NCBI RefSeq assembly: GCF_006345805.1
Contig: NC_043011.1
Location: forward strand, 65,236,464 to 65,300,463
Length of the DNA: 64,000 nucleotides
DNA from: Octopus sinensis
Lineage: Eukaryota
Reading direction: 5' to 3'
The notes under the pieces are model-generated. The model was not told the DNA's origin, did no database searches, and worked only from the letters and a program-made list of their open reading frames with translations. Position 1 is the first letter of the stretch, and the number at the start of each line of letters is the position of its first letter. The position numbers were made by a program, and so were the translations under genes. Of this stretch, positions 56,086 through 64,000 are shown one piece after another.

Positions 56086-56230
56086 TTTCTTCTTCTTCTT
56101 CTTCTTCTTTTTCTTCTTCTTCTTCTTCTTCTTCTTTTTCTTCTTACACTTCTTCTCTTCCTCTTTTTCTTCTTCTTCTTCTCTTCATTATATTTTTATT
56201 ATCATCATCAGTGTCATCACCATGAAGCAG

Positions 56231-56293
<63 letters not shown>

Positions 56294-56298
56294 CATCA
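56086..56298. repeat. (TTC)n and (CAT)n microsatellites
   Basis: Direct reading. Confidence 0.95.
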
Positions 56299-56824
56299 AC
56301 AATAATGTGCACTAAGTAACGTCGGTTTGGTCCTATCTGTTTATAGAATTGGATGGAATTTAACGTATATATTTATGAAGTTCCGTGTATCTCAGCTAAA
56401 ATCGACTGTGATATTGCTAAATCCTTCTTTTTGATAGGTACATCCCCGAAAATTCTTTCCAATGTGCGTTTAGCGTTAGGGCTAAAAAGTGTATATACGG
56501 TGATTGAAATATATCATTCCACATACATAAAACTTGTCGGACATAAAAATGCGAATCGTCAAATAATGAAAACAAAGGCAGTGAAAAAATCATAAGTGAA
56601 ATTTATACGTTGTGCCATTCTAGGAGAAGCACCTGTTACATCAAATACGAATGATGTTATATGTGACGTATTCACCTATGCAGGAGATAAGACGTGGAAT
56701 ATGAGAGGCAACAAAACCATGATAGCATTCTACATATACCTTTTGCTTCCTAACCTTGGTAAGTGTTTTGAAAATTACATAACGTAAATGGTTATCTATG
56801 AATTTACATAGAATTCTAAGCTGA

Positions 56825-59300
56825 TATTTGTCATTTTTCATTTTTTCATTTTCATCTAGTTTCAGCTCCCAAGCTATGGCCAAGCTGGGGCATCGCCATG
56901 CGGTGTTGCTACACGATTTTAATTCATGAATGCTTTTTAGCAATTGACATTTGGTGCACGAGAGTGTTTGAGGAGGCTGCCCTCATTTGCACCTCCTGCC
57001 GTGAAGTTAGTTCATCTGGGACACCTGATAGTAAGAGGTCCAACTTTATTTTAAAGACATCCGCATCCACCCCATGCAGGTCTCTCTGGTTGTTCGGGAG
57101 GTTTTTTGAAGATCTGTGGACCTCTGAAGCTCAGGCTATCACATTATCTTGTCCTACATCATGATGGCAAATTTGGTGTCCTTGGCACTATGCAGTGGGG
57201 CCCAGTTCTAGTATTTGTGTAACTCTCGATTCCAAAGTTTGGGAGAAGTTCATCTAGGATCTTCCAGATGTATATTATGGCATATCTTTCTCGCCTACGC
57301 TCTAAGGAATAGACTCTTAATCTCTTGAATATTTCCCAATAGTTTATATGCCTCACAGAGTCTATATTCGTGTAGCTTCGTTATATCGCCTCAAATTCTG
57401 TGATTAATTTGAAACTGGTGGGTGACCGTATCTGAGATAAATAGTCAAAGTGGCTTAGGACAAGTGTCCTCCAGAGGACCATCATGGTTTCTTGGTTTCT
57501 TGTTCTAAAAGCCCTAGGAATCCATCCGGTCAGCCGCCTACATTTCATTGCCAATTTAGTAACATGCACATGAAAGGTTGCCTCATCACTCATGTAAATA
57601 CCAAGGTCTCGCATTGATTGTGCCTCTGGGATTGCAGTCCCTTCAGGTCCAGTGTATTTATTAGGTATTGCATTTAGTTATTCATGCTGATTGTATAAAG
57701 CTTCAAACTTTTCAGCATTGAACTGCATGCTATTCTTTTCAGCCCACTTTTATATTTTGTCCAGCTCACATTGCAGGTGCTTATTGTTTTCAGGGTTCTT
57801 TATTGCCTGTGAAACTTTTGTATCATCTGCATAACTTGTGATTGTGTATTTCTGCGTGACTGAGGGCATGTCTGTGAGGGCCATTATGAACAGCAGTGGT
57901 CCCAAAAGAGAGCTTTGCGGAAAAACGCTCACTATTTTCGCGTTATTGGAGGACACTTGGCTACTACCACCTGACATCTGGAGGACACTTGGCTACTACC
58001 ACCTGACATCTATCCTTCAGAAAGTCATCAAGCCATTCTCCCAATTTCCCTACTATGCCAAGATCACGCAGTTTGTGACATATTCCATGATCGATTTAAT
58101 CAAAGGCCATTGTAAAGTCGAGATATATGACTTCCACATTTGAGTGGTTGAGCAGTCGTTTCAGGACCCAGTCATAGTGTTGTAGGAGCTGAGTTAAGCA
58201 GCTTCCTCCTGGTCGGAAACAATGTTGGGTGTCAGGCAGCAAGTCATTTTCTTCAAGGAAGGTGATTAGTTTCCATCTGACTATTCCTTCCATGACTTTG
58301 CTGATGTGTGAGGTCAGAGAGATAGGTCTGTACATCTTGTCTCCGCTCTGCTACCTCCTTTATGAATAGGGCATATTTTACCTTCCTTCAGTTTTCTTGG
58401 AAGTTTGCCAGTTGCAAGGAAGCCCTGAAAGAAGAACTGCAGTGTTCTTGCTAGGAAGTCAGATTGCTGACTTGAAAATGCCCTAGTGGTGGAGTGAAAA
58501 TACTCGTGAATTGCTCATTTAGTATTTCACTTATCCTCATTGGTTTCCTGTGAGCGTGCCATCATTTTCAAGGAGTGACCCTATCCTACAGTGCCCCGTA
58601 GTTGTTTCTTTGGCATACCTGTAGAAAGCTCAGCGGTTAGATTGTATGTTGTCTATTGCTCAGGCTTATTTGTCTGCTCTTTCTTTTTCATGGGAGAGTT
58701 GCAGACATTTTTCAATTTCCAGCAGCTCTATTTTCAGGCGGGACTTTTCACTGCTTTCAATCTGTTTGTTTAGGCGATTTGAAATATTTGTACGCCTTCT
58801 CATCAGATTTTTCCTCACTCTGGGACACATTGTAGCATATGGCTTGCATCACAGACATGAATTGTTGAAGATTCCTGTCGATGTCTGGTGAGGAAAGAAA
58901 TTTAGGCCAGTTTTGTTTGAGGATCTCTTTCTAAATTTTTTCCAGTTTCCCTTATGGAAGTTCAAGCTGGAAAGATTATAATAGTTTCTTGTAGGCTACA
59001 TGTCGATGCTTTTCTTTGGCCCGTCCATGGTCAGATCCATTATCTTGTGATCCGAGAGTAGCCTCTGTGTCATTTTCACATTATGGATGAGGCCCATATT
59101 ATTTGTGAAGCCGAGATCCAGTAAGTTACCTTCCTTAGTTGGTTGGAGAACTATTTGCTACATGTACAGAGTGTTGATGAGGTTCAGGGGGGATCTCACC
59201 TGTCCTTGTTGGCATCGTGTCATTCCTGGGAGACAAATGCATTCTGGCCATCTGACATTGTGAGATTGAAGTCTCCTATAAGAAGTACACATCCTTAGGA
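56825..59300 (-). mobile_element. 5'-truncated degenerate CR1-group LINE ORF2 (different family from 25100-29675)
   Basis: LLIGDFNL, YRPISLTSHISKVME, VIYLDF, PQSSLLGPLLF, YADDTK, VYSLERRRERY; 3' (GAAAAT)-like tail; 31-bp tandem duplication at 57947-58010. Confidence 0.9.
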
Positions 59301-59491
59301 TAAATATGTATGTTAATATTTTATCCGCCCGCTCACCACCATTTTAATTATACGCACAAACACACACGTGTTTATATAATCATAAGATAGTGGTACAATA
59401 ATGCACCAATATTTACTGGAAATAACTTCACTATATATATATATAAATATATATATATACATATATATATATATACACACACACACGCACA

Positions 59492-59580
<89 letters not shown>

Positions 59581-60798
59581 GAACGAATGTTTGCGAGTTG
59601 CTGAACATGAAGGAAGGACGTTAAATAAATGAACATTATATAAATATACAACCCGAATGTCGATAATCTAGGTTTCGAACTTTTTAAATCACTTTTATTT
59701 ATGTAAATTTCATTGGTCCTTTTTCCGTTGGATTCACCTAGACAAAGTTTCAAATGCAACTACATCAATGCCAATATTACTCGTCTGAACGCTTAGCCGT
59801 CATCAAACCGAGAACAGTAAAAAAAGTTTCAAACAAAATATTATTAAATAGTTCAATTCAGTAGAATTGCTTGACACTAAAAGAAAGCAACATATTGGAA
59901 ATACAGATGTATTATTACCGTTAATAATGGTATTAATAAGGTAACTTCACACCGCTACAGGCGCTGTATGAGGGGAATTTAGAACCATTAGGGCATATAA
60001 TACAACTTGCTAAAATCAGCGCTAATAATCCAGACCACCATAAACACACGATAAAGATTCCTAAGAGCAATGCTATGAACACATTAGAAATAGGCTTACT
60101 TTTGCTTTGAATACAACAGGACGTTATGTATATTTCAATACCCTTTGGATTACCTGCATTGGATTGCTAGCGTTTTTATTTATTGTAAGCTTAAAGTGGT
60201 TTTGGAGCCTTCACTCTGAGTTTAGCAAGTGGTATTATATACCCTACTGATTCTAAATTCGCCTTATATTCTGACTGTAGCCGTGTGAACTTGTTGGCTG
60301 CCAAATCAACACCATTAATAAGGTTTATAATACATCTTTACTTAAAAGATATTCTTGCTCACGATAGTTTTCTTTTGATAGTAGCAGGATGTTTAAACTA
60401 AGGAACGCACGCGATTTAACGTAGTGAATATTTTAGAAAGATATGTTAAAATATTATTTTCAAGGACAGTTATTTGAGTATGCAGACTGTAGAATCATTT
60501 GTTATTCAAGTACTCATTACTTATCAATATAACAAAGCAAACGTGAGACCATCACAATTATTTCATTGCATTCCTCGTATGTTTAATTATTGTGAGATTA
60601 TGGTGGACTGGAACATTTGTCTCTGATTTTAACAAGACGTATTATATATCCAGCGCATTCTATATATATATATATATATACAAGGTTTCCTCAAACCCTG
60701 GGTACATTGAGTAAATAAAATCATAACATAAAGAATTAAACATAAAAAATAATAATTTCGTAAAGTTAGTCCCCTTGTACCCAGACTTTGTGCACCCC

Positions 60799-60908
<110 letters not shown>

Positions 60909-60974
60909 TCGGATATATTTCTTCTATATTTTATGTTTAAATTTTTGTTAGTCGTTACCTTGTGGGCATATTGG

Positions 60975-61185
60975 TGTAGCACACATACGGCTTCAATGTA
61001 ACGGCTACGCTGGGGAAATTATTAACGGTGTTTCATGTCGCCGAGGTAACCTTTGTACTTCATTCCCTGGGGGTGTATTAAATGAGCATCAGTCACGCTC
61101 TGAGATCCATGTAATCGACTTCATAACCTTGTCTTCCCTTGTCTGTCCCTTCTACGTTTAGTTCCCCGTGAGCAATAAATAAATA
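60975..61185 (+). mobile_element. Old degenerate copy of the 7181-7416 SINE family
   Basis: cgccgaggtaacctttgtacttcattcc..ggg...taatcgactt...gcaataaataaata. Confidence 0.65.
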
Positions 61186-61239
61186 ATATCATTTCATTCT
61201 GTAATATCACAACATTTCAAAATTACCAATACGGAACCA

Positions 61240-61690
61240 TTTTAAGAAGTTTTCCATGAAGCCGAATGGATCTGCTTCAAATATTGCGATATTTTCCTGT
61301 GATGTGATCAGTCAGATGTGCTTTTGTTTACGTGTGAGATGACGTGGTATCCATCGAGCAAAATCCCAAATCACGCCAGATTCATTGCCCATAATATCTG
61401 TAATTGCCTCACTCGATATGCTAGTAACGTTGGTAATTTGATTTTGAAACAAGTCACATGTTATCTGTCACCATCTGGGGAAGACCAGTAACGTCTTCCA
61501 CTATAGCGGCAGTTGCAGAACGTCCAGGCATCGCATTATTTTCAAGTCAATCCATTCCTCACCTAAATTCATCTGACAAACTTTTCCTCTGTTTCTATTG
61601 CTCTAACATCACCCCTGATGTCGCAACCTTGCCCACATGTACACCTATGCAGATTAAACCATTTTTCTGTTCGTTTTGCAGTAAAGTATT
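61240..61690 (-). mobile_element. Mariner transposase relic
   Basis: PGRSATA..., ARWIPRHLTRKQKHI (WVPHEL motif), IFEADP. Confidence 0.8.
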
Positions 61691-62686
61691 TTGTCCAGAA
61701 TTCGCTACTAACTATTGAAGCTGTATTTGAAGCGGCATTTATGAGTTTATCAGAAAGATGGCAGCCATTTATTAAGAGCTGCTTTAATGTATACACAATT
61801 TCACAACGCAATTCTCAGTCATTTATTGTCAAGCTTTCAGATTCCACAACTTGTACCTATAGAAACGTATATGCGTCTGTGAGAATCTGAGTGGTTAGTG
61901 TGTGTCCATGTATGTATGTTAGTGAGTGTGTGTGTGTGCGTGTGTAGGTGTGTGTGTGTGTAGAATACAGAATTTATAAATCAATGAGCCTTCAGACATA
62001 TATAAACGTATACGGACTAGTATAAAAATAGAAAATAACTGAAGTCTTCATTTTATTTCGCCCGTGTTGTAATTAACATTGTAATATTTCCCTATTGTGA
62101 AGCATTTAAGAATAAAGTAGGAATTTTACAATCTCAGGTGTTGTAACAGAACCATGGGGACAAGAATGCACAAATGGAGCGAAAGCAAAGTGCCCAGAAT
62201 TTTTTGAAATCTTTAGAAAAAACAGAAACAATGACAACTGCGTGTAAGTTCCATAGAAATAATAATATTAATGTAACAATTAAATTTATCATCTACGAAA
62301 TAAAATCTTGTTTGTACAATTTATTATAAAGAATCGAATGATATTTTTTTTGGCATCATTTCCTTGCTTTTCAATGAACCTCTTCTAACGGTCCACAAAC
62401 AGCTAGATCCTTCGGGGAAGACTGTTTTTGCTTATTTGCGCAGTTATTTTACCCATCGCTTCCGAAACTTCTCCGAATGTTGCAAATCGATGATCTCGTG
62501 AATGATACTTGAGTTTTCTACAGATACGATGGATGTAGAGAGCGAGATCTTGATTGTATATAGTGAGTCGAGAAGGGAAACACTGTAAGAGAAGACAAAA
62601 AATCGAGCTAAGACTTCCATTACGGAACCACAGCTGTACTACCATATATCATGCGAAAGCTGAGGCACTGCAGCTAACCTAAGAAA

Positions 62687-62729
<43 letters not shown>

Positions 62730-62869
62730 GGTAACGTGTTTTTTGTTTTATAAATTTCACTACAAGTGGCCAAGCATGTAAAAAAAGACAAAAGACAACA
62801 AAAGCTCAATATGAAATAGTGTACATACAAAACACAAGAGGAAACTGCGTTGAACAGGCAGGTTTTATA

Positions 62870-63864
62870 CGCTAGAAGAAGTAGTCAAAACGACCAAAAA
62901 AACTCTTAAGTGCAATCTTCAAAAGGAATGAAAAGTAATAACTTTAATCTTGTTACTTTATTCCGGTCTGACATAGATTTCTAAATTCTTTTAGCAAATA
63001 AAATAATTTGATAGGCGAAAGATTTCATCAGTAACCGCGCCATAACACTAACATATAATTAAGAGACGATTAACACGTGTCTCTTCGTTATACATTATAA
63101 CATTTGAAATCCACTGCGCAAGCGATGTATCAATCGACGGTAAATAAACGACTACAGAACTAATCACTAAGAAATTGCTAAAGTCATATACGTATATTGT
63201 GTTGGTGGTTGTTACTACTTCTAGCGTGGAAAATCTGCCTGTTGAAGGCAGGTTTCTCTTGAGTTTAAATGTAGACTATTTTATATTTGACAATATGTTT
63301 TCTATTGACTTTTTATTCATGCTAGGTCACTTGTAGTGACATTTCAAAAAATAACTTCCTACCCAACATATATTTTACGTATATGGTTTTGATCAATTTT
63401 TAAAAGATTATTTCGGCAGTCATTCATTTATCCACGGCTGGTAATATACCTGTTCGGTTAATTTGAATAATTATAATGTATAGCGATGAATCACGTGTTA
63501 ATTGTCCCTTAATGACTTGTTAGTGTTATGGCCCGGTCACTGATCAAAAAATTTCGCCTAGCAAAAATATATTTTAGTTGCTAAATCAGAAACCTCGGTC
63601 TGACCGGATTAAAATAAGGAGGCAAAAGTTATATTTTATTCCCTTTGACGATTGTTAACACGTGTTAACTGTCTCTTAATGACATGTTAGTGTTATGGCG
63701 CGGTCACTGATAAAAATTTAGGCTAGCAAATTATTTTATTTGCTAAATAAAAATTTGAAATCTCGGCCGACCGGAATAATATAATGAGGCAAAAGTTACG
63801 TTTCATTCTTTTTGACGTTTGCCCTTAAATGTGGTTTTGGTCGTTTTGACTACTTCTTCTAGCC
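62870..63864. mobile_element. Non-autonomous foldback/MITE-like DNA element with ~220-bp inverted arms
   Basis: gctagaagaagtagtcaaaacgaccaaaa (62871) versus ttttggtcgttttgactacttcttctagc (63863); arms 62871-63090 and 63655-63863; extra partial arm 63490-63655; TA adjacent to both ends. Confidence 0.85.
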
Positions 63865-64000
63865 TATTGTATGCAGGCGTCTCTTGTGTTTAAATGTACA
63901 TTATCTTATATTAAGAATAAATTGACTATTGACAACACATGGGATAACTTACTTGAAAAAGTACGGAATAAGGTCTTACCGCTTCTTATCTAAGTAGCAT

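Noticed and set aside
61700-61860. Exon-like segment (ctatag acceptor; HLSDKLINAA, reminiscent of Ulp1-like transposon proteins)
   Set aside because: Short, contains a stop and abuts a mariner relic; similarity too weak.

Overview
AT-rich, microsatellite-dense animal genomic DNA, most likely an octopus or other coleoid cephalopod (inferred from the SINE families, (TA)n/(ATT)n load and C2H2 zinc-finger relic). Almost all ORFs in the supplied track are microsatellite read-throughs or transposon fragments. The track does not assemble a minus-strand tandem array of three paralogous, intron-containing genes for a secreted cysteine-rich protein I cannot assign to a family. Copy A shows only exon 1 (922-958); copies B (14764 to ~2250) and C (41328 to ~33450) have six matching exons, including a 24-nt micro-exon, and both look pseudogenised. 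Also present: five Dong/R4-type site-specific LINEs flanked by (TAA)n arrays, four of them stacked head-to-tail at 42.8-55.3 kb; a near full-length CR1-group LINE whose ORF1 joins a Myb/SANT-like domain to four CCCH zinc fingers; a second CR1-group relic; two intact-looking and several decayed Penelope-type minimal hammerhead ribozymes; tRNA-derived SINEs; Tc1/mariner relics; two foldback/MITE-like elements; and a decayed C2H2 zinc-finger gene. All calls come from reading the sequence by eye; no searches were run.
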